Shown here piece after piece: positions 36,140 to 47,358 of a stretch of 64,000 bases of DNA. The notes beneath the pieces are model-generated. The model was given only the letters and a program-made list of their open reading frames with translations. It was not told the DNA's origin and made no database searches. The position numbers and the translations under genes were made by a program. Within the stretch, counting starts at the first letter, position 1. Every line of letters begins with the position of its first letter. This DNA comes from an uncultured Flavobacteriales bacterium. GTDB lineage: Bacteria > Bacteroidota > Bacteroidia > Flavobacteriales_D > Sanyastnellaceae. The stretch covers positions 8,828 to 72,827 of the forward strand of contig CAJXHE010000002.1 of the NCBI GenBank assembly GCA_913051865.1. The letters are read 5' to 3'.

Positions 36140-38413
36140 ATGTACGAGCCGAATAAACAAGATGCCCTTGATTATCATTCGAGGGGGAGGAAGGGAAAGA
36201 TAGAGGTTGTTCCGACTAAGCCTTACAGTTCTCAGCGTGATTTATCCCTCGCATACAGCCCTGGTGTCGCAGATCCTTGTCTTGCCATTGCTGAAAATCC
36301 CGAAGATGTATATAAGTATACTGCTAAGGGCAACCTAGTTGCAGTCATTAGTAATGGAACTGCAGTTCTGGGTTTGGGAAACATAGGGCCAGAGGCAGGG
36401 AAACCAGTGATGGAGGGGAAGGGGGTGCTTTTTAAGGTGTTTGCAGATATCGATGTTTTTGATATTGAAGTGGATGCATCAGATGTTGATTTGTTTGTGG
36501 CCACAGTAAAAGCCATTGCGCCCACTTTTGGAGGCATTAACCTAGAGGACATTAAAGCGCCCGAAGCCTTTGAGATAGAGAGGCGCTTGAAAGAAGAGCT
36601 TGATATTCCTGTCATGCATGATGATCAGCATGGAACAGCGATTATCTCAGCAGCGGCATTGTTGAATTCGTTAGAGCTTACGTCGAGGGATATTAAAGAC
36701 ACACGTATTGTCGTAAGCGGAGCAGGAGCTGCGGCAATGTCATGTTTGGACTTGTATATGCAGTTAGGGATGTCTCTTGAAAACATTGCAGTTTTTGACA
36801 GTTCTGGACATGTTCATGCTGGCAGAAAAGATTTGGGCGCGAGAAAAAAAGTGTTTGCATCAAAAAAGCAATACAATTCTTTGACGGATGCCATGAAAGG
36901 TGCGGACGTCTTTCTCGGTTTGAGTAAGGGCGGATTGGTGGATGGAAATATGATCAAAGGCATGGCGGAAAACCCAATTGTTTTCGCGCTCGCCAATCCA
37001 GATCCAGAAATATCGTATACCGAGGCAATAGAAGCCAGGAATGATATCATAATGGCTACAGGTAGAAGTGATCATCCAAATCAAGTCAACAATGTTCTCG
37101 GATTCCCCTTTATTTTCAGAGGGGCATTAGATGTTAGAGCCACAGCGATTAATGACGCGATGAAACTTGCTGCGGTGAGAGCAATTGCAAATCTTGCAAA
37201 AGAAACGGTTCCCGATGAAGTGAGTGTGGCATATAAAGAGCAATCCCTTTTCTTCGGCAAAGAATTGATTATCCCCAAGCCACTTGATCCAAGATTGATG
37301 ACCGCAATTGCGCCTGCTGTAGCAAAAGCGGCGATGGATTCGGGCGTCGCAAAAGAACCCATTTCTGATTGGGATGGATATGAAAGGACTTTATTAAGTC
37401 GCCTCGGTCAAGCGACCAATTTTTCAAGATCCATTAGCGAACGCGCTTCAAAAAATCCCAAACGGGTTGTTTTTACGGAAGCAGAACATTATAAAGTTCT
37501 TAAAGCTGCTGAACAAGCAGTTCAGGAAGGTATCGCGCACCCTATTTTAATTGGAACAAAGGAAAAAATTGGGCGTCTCATCACAGAAAACAATCTCGCG
37601 TTACATTCTGCGACAATTATTGACCCCAGAAGTCCAGAAGAAGCAGAGAGACGAGAACGATTTGGAACTGTCCTTCACGAGAAGAGAATGCGACATGGCT
37701 TAACAGCGATTGAGGCAGAAAGGGCCATGCGAAACAGAAATTACTTCGGGTCTATGCTCGTTGAGAGTGGAGAAGCGGATGCTTTGGTTTCAGGACTTAC
37801 ACGAAATTATCCAAACGTAATTAGGCCTGCATTGCAAGTGATAGGTAAAGCAGATGGCGTCAATAAAGTAGCTGGGATGTACATTATGCAGACAAAGCAA
37901 GGGCCTATGTTTTTTGCGGATACGACTGTCACGGTTAATCCCACAGTTGAAGAGATTGTTGATATCACAATCCTTATGGCAGAAGCCGTGCGACGCTTAA
38001 GGCTAGTCCCTAGGATTGCACTCTTAAGTTACTCTAATTTCGGATCTTCCAAAGGAGAAGATGCTGAGAAAATGTCTGAAGCTGCACGGATTTTACACAG
38101 AGATTATCCCGATTTGATCGTTGACGGTGAGATTCAGGCAAATTATGCGATCAACCAAGACCTGTTGTCTGAGAGCTTCCCCTTTTCAGTTTTACACCAG
38201 CGCAGGGTCAACACCCTCATTTTCCCAAATTTATCAGCGGGTAACATTTCATATAAACTTTTGCAAGAAATGGGTGGCATAGAAGCGCAAGGCCCTGTAC
38301 TTCTTGGAATGAAGAAATCAGTACACATTTTACAGATGGGGTCTTCGGTGAAGGAAATTGTTGATATGGTAAGGCTTGCCGTCGTAGATGCTCAAAACAA
38401 ATCTCACGAATGA
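36140..38413 (+). CDS. maeB: NADP-dependent malic enzyme (malic enzyme domain fused to a phosphotransacetylase-like domain)
   Basis: 757 aa. The N-terminal part has [30 protein letters not shown] and HDDQHGTA. The C-terminal ~330 aa are PTA-like. Confidence 0.95.
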   Translation: MYEPNKQDALDYHSRGRKGKIEVVPTKPYSSQRDLSLAYSPGVADPCLAIAENPEDVYKYTAKGNLVAVISNGTAVLGLGNIGPEAGKPVMEGKGVLFKVFADIDVFDIEVDASDVDLFVATVKAIAPTFGGINLEDIKAPEAFEIERRLKEELDIPVMHDDQHGTAIISAAALLNSLELTSRDIKDTRIVVSGAGAAAMSCLDLYMQLGMSLENIAVFDSSGHVHAGRKDLGARKKVFASKKQYNSLTDAMKGADVFLGLSKGGLVDGNMIKGMAENPIVFALANPDPEISYTEAIEARNDIIMATGRSDHPNQVNNVLGFPFIFRGALDVRATAINDAMKLAAVRAIANLAKETVPDEVSVAYKEQSLFFGKELIIPKPLDPRLMTAIAPAVAKAAMDSGVAKEPISDWDGYERTLLSRLGQATNFSRSISERASKNPKRVVFTEAEHYKVLKAAEQAVQEGIAHPILIGTKEKIGRLITENNLALHSATIIDPRSPEEAERRERFGTVLHEKRMRHGLTAIEAERAMRNRNYFGSMLVESGEADALVSGLTRNYPNVIRPALQVIGKADGVNKVAGMYIMQTKQGPMFFADTTVTVNPTVEEIVDITILMAEAVRRLRLVPRIALLSYSNFGSSKGEDAEKMSEAARILHRDYPDLIVDGEIQANYAINQDLLSESFPFSVLHQRRVNTLIFPNLSAGNISYKLLQEMGGIEAQGPVLLGMKKSVHILQMGSSVKEIVDMVRLAVVDAQNKSHE

Positions 38414-39003
38414 TTTATCATCTAAATGGAAGATTAATTGAGAAACACCCAACACATGTCGTGATTGAGTGTGGTGGGGTGGGCTACCTCGTTTCTATAA
38501 GTCTTACGACCTATGAAGCACTCACGGATGACGAAAGTATTTTTCTAAATATCTATATGGTGGTAAGAGAAGATGCGATGACGCTTTATGGATTTGCAAC
38601 CCAAGAGGAGCGTAGAATGTTTCTTTTACTCATAGGTGTGAGTGGCGTCGGGGCGAACACGGCGAGACTCATTCTCTCAGCCATGAATCCTGCAAAGACT
38701 ACAGAGGTAATCGCTTCAGGCGATTCAGACACCATGAAAAAGGTCAAAGGAATAGGCGCAAAAACAGCACAACGAATCATTATTGACCTTCAAGATAAAG
38801 TTGGACCAGAAACAGGCGGAGGAGATGATGTATCAGAAATATCTTCGCAACACAATACATTGAAGAATGAAGCGTTACTTGCTTTATCCACTCTAGGATT
38901 TGACAAGGCACGGGTTGAGAAGACACTCAGCCGAATACTTGAAAATTCCGAGAGGGATTATACCCTGGAGGTCCTTATAAAGCAGGCGTTAAAGGAGCTT
39001 TGA
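38410..39003 (+). CDS. ruvA: Holliday junction DNA helicase subunit RuvA
   Basis: MIYHLNGRL...GGVGY N-terminus, helix-hairpin-helix region (GVSGVGANTARLILS, KGIGAKTAQRII), and a small C-terminal domain. It shares an ATGA overlap with the maeB stop. Confidence 0.9.
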   Translation: MIYHLNGRLIEKHPTHVVIECGGVGYLVSISLTTYEALTDDESIFLNIYMVVREDAMTLYGFATQEERRMFLLLIGVSGVGANTARLILSAMNPAKTTEVIASGDSDTMKKVKGIGAKTAQRIIIDLQDKVGPETGGGDDVSEISSQHNTLKNEALLALSTLGFDKARVEKTLSRILENSERDYTLEVLIKQALKEL

Positions 39004-39030
39004 ACTTGAACTGAATAGCAGAACGAACAC

Positions 39031-42000
39031 GTGAATAAGGTGAAAATACAAGGCACAGCGATTCTTTTTGTCTTAGTGGCATCTATGTTTTGCGCCTCAT
39101 TTTATGCACAAGAAGCGGACTCTTCTGTAATTAATTTGCCTTTTCCACATGGCGGAGAAGACACCTTTAACCCAGTTGAATTTCCTGGAGGCATTTCTCT
39201 TGATTGGCCCTCAAACTTTAATTATGGCGTCACCTATGACCCGCTCACGGATCAGTATATAGTGGCCCAAACCATCGGTGACACACTTGACTTCCGTCCT
39301 GCATCTTTGTTTTCTTTGGATGAATTTCTGAGTTATGACATGCAGGGGAATTTATCTGAATTTTGGGATCAGTTGCAAGAAGAAGATGATGAGGCTTCTC
39401 GTGGTTTTGCGCCCAAACTTGAAATAGATTCGGAACTGTTCGAAATGCTTTTCGGCACGAATGAAATTGAAATCATTCCCCAAGGAACCGCTGAACTCAC
39501 TTTTGGCATCAACAGCTCCAATACCGAAAACCCTAGAATCCCCGAACGTCAAAGACGGGTGACCACATTCGATTTTGACCAAAGAATTCAATTAAACATA
39601 ACGGGTAAAATCGGTGATAAAATTGAGCTTGGGACGCAGTATAACACAGAATCTCTGTTCGATTTCGAAAACCAAATGAACATCGGTTTTCAGGGTGAAG
39701 AAGACGATATACTCAAGAATATTGAAGCGGGAAATATTTCTCTTCCTCTCCAAGGGACGCTCATTACAGGTTCTCAAAGTCTCTTCGGTGTGAAGCTCGA
39801 GACGCAGTGGGGCAAGCTCTACAATTCAACAATACTTTCTCAACAAAAGGGTGAACGCAAGGAGATCGAAGTTGAGGGAGGTGCACAAACGCAAGATTTT
39901 GATATACGCGCAGATGATTACGAAGCGAACCGTCACTATTTCCTTTCTCAGTATTTCCGTAACCAGTATGACAATGCGATGCGGTCTTTACCTGTCCCAA
40001 ATTCAGGTGCTGCGATCAATAGAATCGAAGTGTGGGTTGTGAATACACAGGCGAATACACAAGACGTTAGAAATATTATTGCTGTCACAGACCTGGGAGA
40101 ACATCCGGATTATATGTCGTCAAACTTGCCTGTCAAGCAATTGTCTAACGGTTCGGAGACGTTTCCAACATCTAATCGTGCCGCAAATAATGCAAATAAC
40201 GATTTGTTTGATGACCTTGTTAGCAACGATGAAGTGATGGGCTATACAGGCGCAAACGCTGCCATCGTCGCTATGAACATGGGATTCGAACAAGGGGTTC
40301 ACTACGAGAGAGTGGGCAATGCGAGGAAGCTGACAAGTTCGGAATTCTCATTCAATTCGAAACTTGGATTTATCTCGTTGAGACAGTCCCTCAATAACGC
40401 AGAAGTCCTTGCCGTAGCTTATGAATACACTTTGAATGGCGAAACATATCAAGTTGGAACGCTTGCGCAAGATGGCTATACGACAGGTGCTGGGTCGGAT
40501 GAAGCCATGGGAGCGCTGGTATTGAAAATGCTCAAATCGAGCATTACGCAGCTTGAGCTAGGCAATGGAGACCCATCACCTCTTTGGGAAGGAATGATGA
40601 AGAACGTATATTCTATGAAAGCGTTCGGCGTAAGTCAAGAAGAATTCCGATTAGACATTTGGTACAATGATCCTTCTACAGGGGTAGATCTCAATTATAT
40701 TCCGCGTGACCCACTTGATGGAACACTCTTGTTACAGCTTTTGGGCCTAGATAGAATGGACATCAACACAATGCCCAATCCGGATGGTGTGTTCGACTAT
40801 ATTGACAATGCGGCTACAGAGGGAGGAACTATTAACAGCCAAAACGGCAGGATTTTCTTCCCTTCCGTAGAGCCATTTGGGGACAATTTACGTGCAGTCA
40901 TTGAGGACAGGGTAAGCGACCCAAATTTGGCGGGAGCGTTAATTCAGACCCTCGTTTTTGACCCGCTCTACGATTCCACAAAGACTGCGGCACAGCAAAT
41001 ACCTTCGTTGAACCGCTACCACATTAAGGGACGCTTTCAGTCACAGAGTAGTTCGGAAATCGCACTGAACGCACTGAATGTTCCTGAGGGGTCCGTGACT
41101 GTAACTGCGGGCGGTGTTCGTTTGGTTGAAAACCGAGATTATACGGTAGACTATAATTTGGGTAGAGTGAGAATTATTAATGATGGTCTTTTGGAATCAG
41201 GCCAAACCATAAGGGTCTCCCTTGAAAGCAATTCTCTCTTTAACATACAAACAAAGACACTTGTAGGCACCAGGTTCGATTATGTTGCAAGTGATGATTT
41301 TACAATAGGTGCTACGTTTTTAAATATGCGTGAGCGCCCGCTTACTCAGAAAGTCAATATTGGAGATGAGCCCGTTAACAACACCATTCTTGGTGCTGAT
41401 TTCTCATGGCAAACAGAGAGTAGATTCCTCACAGAACTTGTAGATAAACTTCCTTTTTATGAGACCACTGCGACGTCAACACTTGATGTGAGTGCGGAAG
41501 GGGCTTACCTCATCCCCGGTCACAGTCGGGCCATTGGTGAAGAAGGGAATGCATATATTGACGACTTCGAGGGGAGTCAATCTACGATAGATATCCGATC
41601 GGTCTCAAGATGGTTCCTTGCCTCTACACCGAAACTTCAAGATGATTTGTTCCCCGAATCTGCGATTGAAGACAGTTTGCTTTATGGATACAACAGGGCT
41701 GCGCTTTCATGGTATACTATTGACCCGGCGTTTTATTCAGGGAGTGGATTGTCAGATGGTCAAGTCTCAGACGACGTGAGACAAGATCACAGAATGCGTC
41801 AAATATTAGAACAAGAAATATTTCCTAACCGCGATTATCAGCCAGGGACTCCAAGAAATATCCCCACATTCGATTTGTCATACTGGCCAAGCGAGAGGGG
41901 GCCTTATAATTATGACCTCCCTGAAGGTGAGCCAGGATATTCAGCGGGATTTGATGAAAACGGTGGTCTTGAGGATCCTTCATCACGTTGGGGTGGTATT

Positions 42001-45000
42001 CAACGGGCACTGACAACAACAGACTTCGAATCAGCAAATATTGAGTACATCCAGTTTTGGATTATGGATCCTTTTAATGAGGATTCAGAAAACACCACAG
42101 GCGGAGATATTTATTTTAACCTTGGAAATGTAAGTGAAGATATTCTCAACGATAGCCAGCTTGAATTTGAGAATGGTCTGCCTTCAGCCACAACGACTGA
42201 CCTCCCCACAGACACGAGTTCTTGGGCGATCTATCCGGACCCTTCTACATTCAATGTTGTCAATGCATTCGACAATTCTTCGGGAAATTATTCCTTGCAA
42301 GATGTCGGGTTAGACGGGATGAGCTCAGCTGTAGAAAGAGACCATTTTTCTGATTGGCTGACTGACTTGGAAGCGTCAAATGTTTTAACCCCCGAAGCGT
42401 TTTCGACCATTGAAAACGATCCTTCATCAGACGACTTTAGATATTTCCGAAACCCAACGTCGCAAGCGCTGGAGGAAAATATTATAGATCGATATAAGTA
42501 TTTTAGTCGCTACGAGGGCAACTCGAATACCGGGTCGCCAGATGGATACCCCATTACCTCAACAACAATTCCCAACAGTGAGGATATTAACCAAGACATC
42601 ACCTTGGGCACGATAGAAAGTTATTATCAGTACAAGATTTCGATGCGTCCATCAGATTTGGGCGAGGAAAATGTGGGCAACAATTATATTACAGACGTCT
42701 ATGAAACATTAAGCCAAAGTGCTTCTTCAAACGAACAGAAGCCGATCAAATGGTATCAATTTAAAATCCCAGTAAGAGAATATGAAAAACGTATAGGAAC
42801 GATTTCGGATTTCAGATCGATTCGTTTTATGCGTGTATTTATGAAAGGGTGGAGCCAACCGGTCACGATGCGTTTTGCGAGAATGGACCTTGTGCGAGGA
42901 GAATGGAGGAAATACGAGGGGGCTCTGGCTGGGGAGCAAGAAATAGAACCCGAAGACCCATCAGCAACCTCTTTCAACATTGCAGCTGTAAATATTGAAG
43001 AAAACGGCAATCGCGAGCCGGTGGCATATGTGACCCCACCTGGGATTCTTCGAGAAATTGATGTGGCTACAGCAAATCAACGTCGTCTTAATGAGCAGTC
43101 ATTATCGATGGAGATCTGCGACCTTATCGACGGTGACGCGCGTGCTGCGTATCGAAACATCAATTACGACATGAGGATGTACAAGCGTATGCGAATGTAT
43201 TTTCACGCTGAAGCGGGTGCCGATGGCACTGCTTTAAACGACGGTGACATTACTGCTTTTGTGCGACTTGGCAGTGACTTTGATGCCAACTATTACGAGT
43301 ATGAGATTCCACTTTCTGTGACGCCCTGGTATACAGGGGATGAAGATTTGATTTGGCCACTTGAGAACAACATGGATATAGAGCTGCAGAAATTGCAGAA
43401 TTTGAAAATTAACAGACCGTCTTTGCAGCCGCTTTCTCAAGAATATTCTGAGTATGATGGGGTCGCAAGAATATCTGTAAAAGGCAATCCGAACCTTGCA
43501 AATGTGGTGACGGTGATGATTGGGATAAGAAATCCTGACAAGGATTCCAATGCGTTCAGCAACTCAGATGATGGTCTGAATAAATGTGCTGTGGTCTGGG
43601 CGAACGAGTTGCGTCTCTCGGACTTTAACGAAGAAGGGGGATGGGCTGCAGTCGCAAGAGTAAACGCCACGCTTGCAGATCTTGGAAACGTAAGTGTTGC
43701 CGCAAATATGTCTACGCCCGGATGGGGAGGTCTCGAGCAAAGAGTTCAAGAACGCTCGAGAGAGACAATACGTGGCATTGATGCAAACGGCACGATTCAA
43801 CTCGGAAAGCTGTTGCCTCAAAAGCTAGGGGTATCTCTTCCGATGTACCTCGGTTATTCAGAGCAAGTGAGCACACCTCAATACGACCCGCTCTCTCCTG
43901 ACATTGAGCTTGAAGATCTCGAATTGTCATCAGAACGCTTAGACAAAACACAAGAAGTAAACCGTCTTAGAAGCATCAATTTTGCCAGTATCAAAATTAA
44001 CCCTCAATTCGGATCTGGCGGTGGTGGCTCTCGAGATCGAAACAACCGAAATGAAGGCGATTCCAGATCAAAGGATGACGTTACTTCTGACCGCGAGTCC
44101 ATGGGTGGCGCCGCAGCGATGATGAATGGCAGGGGAGGAGGCCGTTCTGGTGGCGGTGGTTCAGAATCCTCAGGGCTGTTTTCATTTCTTAAAATAAGCA
44201 ATTTTACTGGAAACTATAGTTTTAACGAGTTGTATCGCAGAGATATAAATACCAAATTCCAATTGAATAGAGAGCACAGGGGAGGTTTGGCTTACAATTG
44301 GCAGAACAGACCCAAGCAGCACAAACCATTCTCAAATATTAAGTTTATCAGAGAAAGCGAACTGCTCAAATGGCTGAAAGACTTTAACTTTTACTTGCTC
44401 CCAAAACAAGTGTCATTGAACACCCAAATGGAGCGGTTGTATGAGACCAGTGAAGTGAGAAACAATACAGCTGATTTACTTGGCGTAGAGACAAATCTGT
44501 TGATTCAGACTCAGGTGCTCAAATCATGGAATTGGAACAGGAATTATTCTGTGAAATACGACATGACTCAAGCGCTTAAGTTTGATTATACAGGTCAAGC
44601 TAGTGCGCTCGTGGGTGAGCCTGCAGGTGTTATTCCTGTTGAAGGTGAGGTGGATTACGATTTCTACGTGGATACTGTAAGAACTAATTTATTGGGCGCA
44701 GGAGAAGTGACGACCTACAATCACAATGTCAATGGTTCGTATAAGTTGCCATTTGATAAGCTTCCGCTCATGGACTTTGTAACAGGTGACCTTAGGTACC
44801 AAAGCTCATTCCGTTGGGACAGGGCCCCTTTTGCCCAGGATTCTCTAGGCGCAACGATTCAAAACTCACGTAATCTGAGTTTGAATGGACAAGCAAACTT
44901 CCTGAAGTTTTACAACAGGGTGCCATATCTCAAAGAAATTAACAACAAACGCCCCAAACGCCCTACCAACAGAGATGTAAGCAATGAGCGGAGAGATGGA

Positions 45001-46470
45001 TTTGGTGAGGTGAAAGAAGAGGATGAAAAAAAGAAACTTGACATCAATCCGATAGAGCATATTCTTCGTTTTGCAATGGGCATTCAAAGCATCAGTGGCA
45101 CATTTTCCCGCAATGAGGGTATTTTGCTTCCAGGATATGCCCAAACGAGTACATGGGCTGGTTTTGATGAAAATCTTGAGGCTCCTGGATTGCTCTTCTT
45201 GGTGGGACATCAAAACACGGATGTTTTGGGAAACAGGAATGCTGACTTTGCAATGAATGCTGCTGAACAGGGTTGGTTGGTAGAACAGCCATACTTAAAT
45301 CAGTCTTACACAGAGTCGTTCACAGAGAACTTTAATGTTCGAATGAATATCGAGCCAATCAAACATTTTAAGATCGAACTCACAGCCAATAGAAGTACGT
45401 CTCGCAACTATCAGAGTTTCTTCCGTTACGATGAAGATTCTGAAGACTGGATTAATGAGTCGCCAAACGAGACAGGAAATTTTACGGCAACAGTGATGTC
45501 GTGGCCTACTGCATTTATGGATGATGATGCAGAATATAACTCTGACATTTGGGATGCTTTGTTGCTTAACAGATTAACGATTTCATCTCGCCTGAATGCT
45601 GAAACCTTTAACATAGACGAAGCGAACCCTACTGGATATTATCAAGGATGGGGTCCGACGTCTCAGGATGTTGCAATACCTGCATTTTTGAGTGCTTATT
45701 TAGGTTTGGACCCGAATACAATTGCACTTGATGTCATGAAAGCGCCTGTCGCACCCAATTGGAGAGTGACTTATGATGGATTGACAAAAATACCTTCTCT
45801 CAAGAAAACCTTTAAAAGATTTAATTTATCGCATACTTACCGCTCTACGATGAGTACGTCGTACACGACAAACCTCCAGTATAGTGAGGATGAAAATGGA
45901 CTACCTACCGCTGTTGACAATGGGGACTACTCGAATTATATTTCCGAACGACAGTTTAATACGGTCAGTATCACAGAGCAGCTTTCACCTTTAATTGGTC
46001 TGGATATGACGATTAAAACGGCGTCAGATAATGAGCCACAAGTCAAGGTCGAGATCACGCGAGATCGAAATGTGAGTTTCGGGCTTGCAAATTATCAGAT
46101 TACAGAAACGAAGAGTAAAGGCATTGTGATCGGTGTAGGTTACAAGTTTGCCGATGTTCGCAATCCATTTTTAAAGACCTATGGTAAACTTCCCATAAAG
46201 ATGTTTAAAGAAACAGACTTCTTAATTCGTTGTGACATTAACATACGAGATAACAGCACTGTGATACGTAAGATGGTGGAGCGTCAGAACCAAGTTACCG
46301 CGGGTCAAACGCTTGTTTCAATTAAAATTTCTGGAGATCTTGAGATTAGCGACAAAGTCACGCTGCGCGCTTTTTACGACCAACAGATTACAAAGGCTAA
46401 GATTTCGACCTCATTTAATACATCTAATATAAATTCAGGTATAGCGATTCGTTTCAACCTGACACAATAG
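39031..46470 (+). CDS. sprA: T9SS translocon protein SprA (Sov)
   Basis: 2479 aa with a GTG start and a signal peptide. The size and overall sequence character match the giant SprA/Sov outer-membrane barrel of Bacteroidota. Confidence 0.85.
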   Translation: MNKVKIQGTAILFVLVASMFCASFYAQEADSSVINLPFPHGGEDTFNPVEFPGGISLDWPSNFNYGVTYDPLTDQYIVAQTIGDTLDFRPASLFSLDEFLSYDMQGNLSEFWDQLQEEDDEASRGFAPKLEIDSELFEMLFGTNEIEIIPQGTAELTFGINSSNTENPRIPERQRRVTTFDFDQRIQLNITGKIGDKIELGTQYNTESLFDFENQMNIGFQGEEDDILKNIEAGNISLPLQGTLITGSQSLFGVKLETQWGKLYNSTILSQQKGERKEIEVEGGAQTQDFDIRADDYEANRHYFLSQYFRNQYDNAMRSLPVPNSGAAINRIEVWVVNTQANTQDVRNIIAVTDLGEHPDYMSSNLPVKQLSNGSETFPTSNRAANNANNDLFDDLVSNDEVMGYTGANAAIVAMNMGFEQGVHYERVGNARKLTSSEFSFNSKLGFISLRQSLNNAEVLAVAYEYTLNGETYQVGTLAQDGYTTGAGSDEAMGALVLKMLKSSITQLELGNGDPSPLWEGMMKNVYSMKAFGVSQEEFRLDIWYNDPSTGVDLNYIPRDPLDGTLLLQLLGLDRMDINTMPNPDGVFDYIDNAATEGGTINSQNGRIFFPSVEPFGDNLRAVIEDRVSDPNLAGALIQTLVFDPLYDSTKTAAQQIPSLNRYHIKGRFQSQSSSEIALNALNVPEGSVTVTAGGVRLVENRDYTVDYNLGRVRIINDGLLESGQTIRVSLESNSLFNIQTKTLVGTRFDYVASDDFTIGATFLNMRERPLTQKVNIGDEPVNNTILGADFSWQTESRFLTELVDKLPFYETTATSTLDVSAEGAYLIPGHSRAIGEEGNAYIDDFEGSQSTIDIRSVSRWFLASTPKLQDDLFPESAIEDSLLYGYNRAALSWYTIDPAFYSGSGLSDGQVSDDVRQDHRMRQILEQEIFPNRDYQPGTPRNIPTFDLSYWPSERGPYNYDLPEGEPGYSAGFDENGGLEDPSSRWGGIQRALTTTDFESANIEYIQFWIMDPFNEDSENTTGGDIYFNLGNVSEDILNDSQLEFENGLPSATTTDLPTDTSSWAIYPDPSTFNVVNAFDNSSGNYSLQDVGLDGMSSAVERDHFSDWLTDLEASNVLTPEAFSTIENDPSSDDFRYFRNPTSQALEENIIDRYKYFSRYEGNSNTGSPDGYPITSTTIPNSEDINQDITLGTIESYYQYKISMRPSDLGEENVGNNYITDVYETLSQSASSNEQKPIKWYQFKIPVREYEKRIGTISDFRSIRFMRVFMKGWSQPVTMRFARMDLVRGEWRKYEGALAGEQEIEPEDPSATSFNIAAVNIEENGNREPVAYVTPPGILREIDVATANQRRLNEQSLSMEICDLIDGDARAAYRNINYDMRMYKRMRMYFHAEAGADGTALNDGDITAFVRLGSDFDANYYEYEIPLSVTPWYTGDEDLIWPLENNMDIELQKLQNLKINRPSLQPLSQEYSEYDGVARISVKGNPNLANVVTVMIGIRNPDKDSNAFSNSDDGLNKCAVVWANELRLSDFNEEGGWAAVARVNATLADLGNVSVAANMSTPGWGGLEQRVQERSRETIRGIDANGTIQLGKLLPQKLGVSLPMYLGYSEQVSTPQYDPLSPDIELEDLELSSERLDKTQEVNRLRSINFASIKINPQFGSGGGGSRDRNNRNEGDSRSKDDVTSDRESMGGAAAMMNGRGGGRSGGGGSESSGLFSFLKISNFTGNYSFNELYRRDINTKFQLNREHRGGLAYNWQNRPKQHKPFSNIKFIRESELLKWLKDFNFYLLPKQVSLNTQMERLYETSEVRNNTADLLGVETNLLIQTQVLKSWNWNRNYSVKYDMTQALKFDYTGQASALVGEPAGVIPVEGEVDYDFYVDTVRTNLLGAGEVTTYNHNVNGSYKLPFDKLPLMDFVTGDLRYQSSFRWDRAPFAQDSLGATIQNSRNLSLNGQANFLKFYNRVPYLKEINNKRPKRPTNRDVSNERRDGFGEVKEEDEKKKLDINPIEHILRFAMGIQSISGTFSRNEGILLPGYAQTSTWAGFDENLEAPGLLFLVGHQNTDVLGNRNADFAMNAAEQGWLVEQPYLNQSYTESFTENFNVRMNIEPIKHFKIELTANRSTSRNYQSFFRYDEDSEDWINESPNETGNFTATVMSWPTAFMDDDAEYNSDIWDALLLNRLTISSRLNAETFNIDEANPTGYYQGWGPTSQDVAIPAFLSAYLGLDPNTIALDVMKAPVAPNWRVTYDGLTKIPSLKKTFKRFNLSHTYRSTMSTSYTTNLQYSEDENGLPTAVDNGDYSNYISERQFNTVSITEQLSPLIGLDMTIKTASDNEPQVKVEITRDRNVSFGLANYQITETKSKGIVIGVGYKFADVRNPFLKTYGKLPIKMFKETDFLIRCDINIRDNSTVIRKMVERQNQVTAGQTLVSIKISGDLEISDKVTLRAFYDQQITKAKISTSFNTSNINSGIAIRFNLTQ

Positions 46471-46472
46471 AC

Positions 46473-46480
46473 TATTTTTG
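46473..46480 (+). promoter_or_regulatory. Candidate -7 box (TATTTTTG) upstream of gcvH
   Basis: Matches TAnnTTTG and lies 22 nt before the gcvH ATG. No clear -33 element. Confidence 0.3.
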
Positions 46481-46501
46481 CACGAATAAAATTTTTTTGC
46501 G

Positions 46502-46879
46502 ATGAACATTCCTTCAGATTTATACTACACTGCAGACCACGAATGGGTGAGAATAGATGGTGATATTGCAACAATAGGTGTGACTGATTATGCCCAAGGT
46601 GAGTTGGGTGATATCGTATTTGTGGAAGTAGAAACAGAAGGAGAAACACTTGAAGCTGAAGAAGTATTTGGCACCATCGAAGCGGTAAAGACCGTAAGTG
46701 ACCTCATTTTGCCAATCACAGGCGAAATCATTGAATTGAATGATGGGCTCAATGATGATCCATCATTCATAAACGACGACCCTTATGGTGCAGGTTGGAT
46801 TATTAAGGTACACGTTTCAAATCCATCTGATGTAGAAGGTTTAATGGACGCGGCTGCTTATAAAGCGTCTATTGGATAA
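46502..46879 (+). CDS. gcvH: Glycine cleavage system H protein
   Basis: 125 aa. YTADHEWV, GVTDYAQGELGDIVFVE, and the lipoyl-lysine motif IEAVKTVSDL. Confidence 0.95.
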   Translation: MNIPSDLYYTADHEWVRIDGDIATIGVTDYAQGELGDIVFVEVETEGETLEAEEVFGTIEAVKTVSDLILPITGEIIELNDGLNDDPSFINDDPYGAGWIIKVHVSNPSDVEGLMDAAAYKASIG

Positions 46880-46902
46880 CTGTAAGATTAGATTTCATTT
46901 CG

Positions 46903-47358
46903 GTGTCCATCCCATCTTCAATAAAAGTATTAAGAATCCTCGCCCCATCATTTGTATTGGCGGTGTTGATTGTAATCATGCATCTTTTTCCTGTCTCGGG
47001 TGTTGATCCTTCCTCGTGGTTGTCGAAATTTCATCTTGACAAAATAGTTCATGCTTTTGCGTTCGCACTTTTGTCGCTTTCCATGTCGGTCGCTTTTACA
47101 AAACTCCACCTGTTTCCATATAAAATTCCTGTTTTAATGTTGATTATCTTAGTCATTTGCACGGGTTTTGGCACAATACTTGAGATAATACAGGGAGAGT
47201 TGATTGTTGGAAGAACAGCCGATTTCCTTGATATAGTTGCTGATTGCGTGGGTTCTGCCCTCGCGTTTGTCGCCTTTCGCGGAGTGTATGGCGTTTTTCC
47301 GGGCCAAATCCCCTCCGATGTGTTAATTTCGAATTCTAGAATGTCATCTCATGATTAG
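46903..47358 (+). CDS. VanZ-like membrane protein
   Basis: 151 aa with four hydrophobic helices. The pattern DKIVHAFAFALLS ... EIIQ ... R.ADFLDIVADCVG fits VanZ-like proteins. GTG start. Confidence 0.6.
   Translation: MSIPSSIKVLRILAPSFVLAVLIVIMHLFPVSGVDPSSWLSKFHLDKIVHAFAFALLSLSMSVAFTKLHLFPYKIPVLMLIILVICTGFGTILEIIQGELIVGRTADFLDIVADCVGSALAFVAFRGVYGVFPGQIPSDVLISNSRMSSHD

Noticed and set aside
36232-37362. Minus-strand ORFs of 74-127 aa inside maeB
   Set aside because: They are antisense shadows of a highly conserved gene, with Ser/Ala/Thr-rich composition typical of reverse-frame translation.
39352-45614. Numerous 60-115-aa ORFs on both strands inside sprA
   Set aside because: All are nested in or antisense to the single uninterrupted 7.4-kb sprA frame. 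None has its own start context or recognisable motifs.
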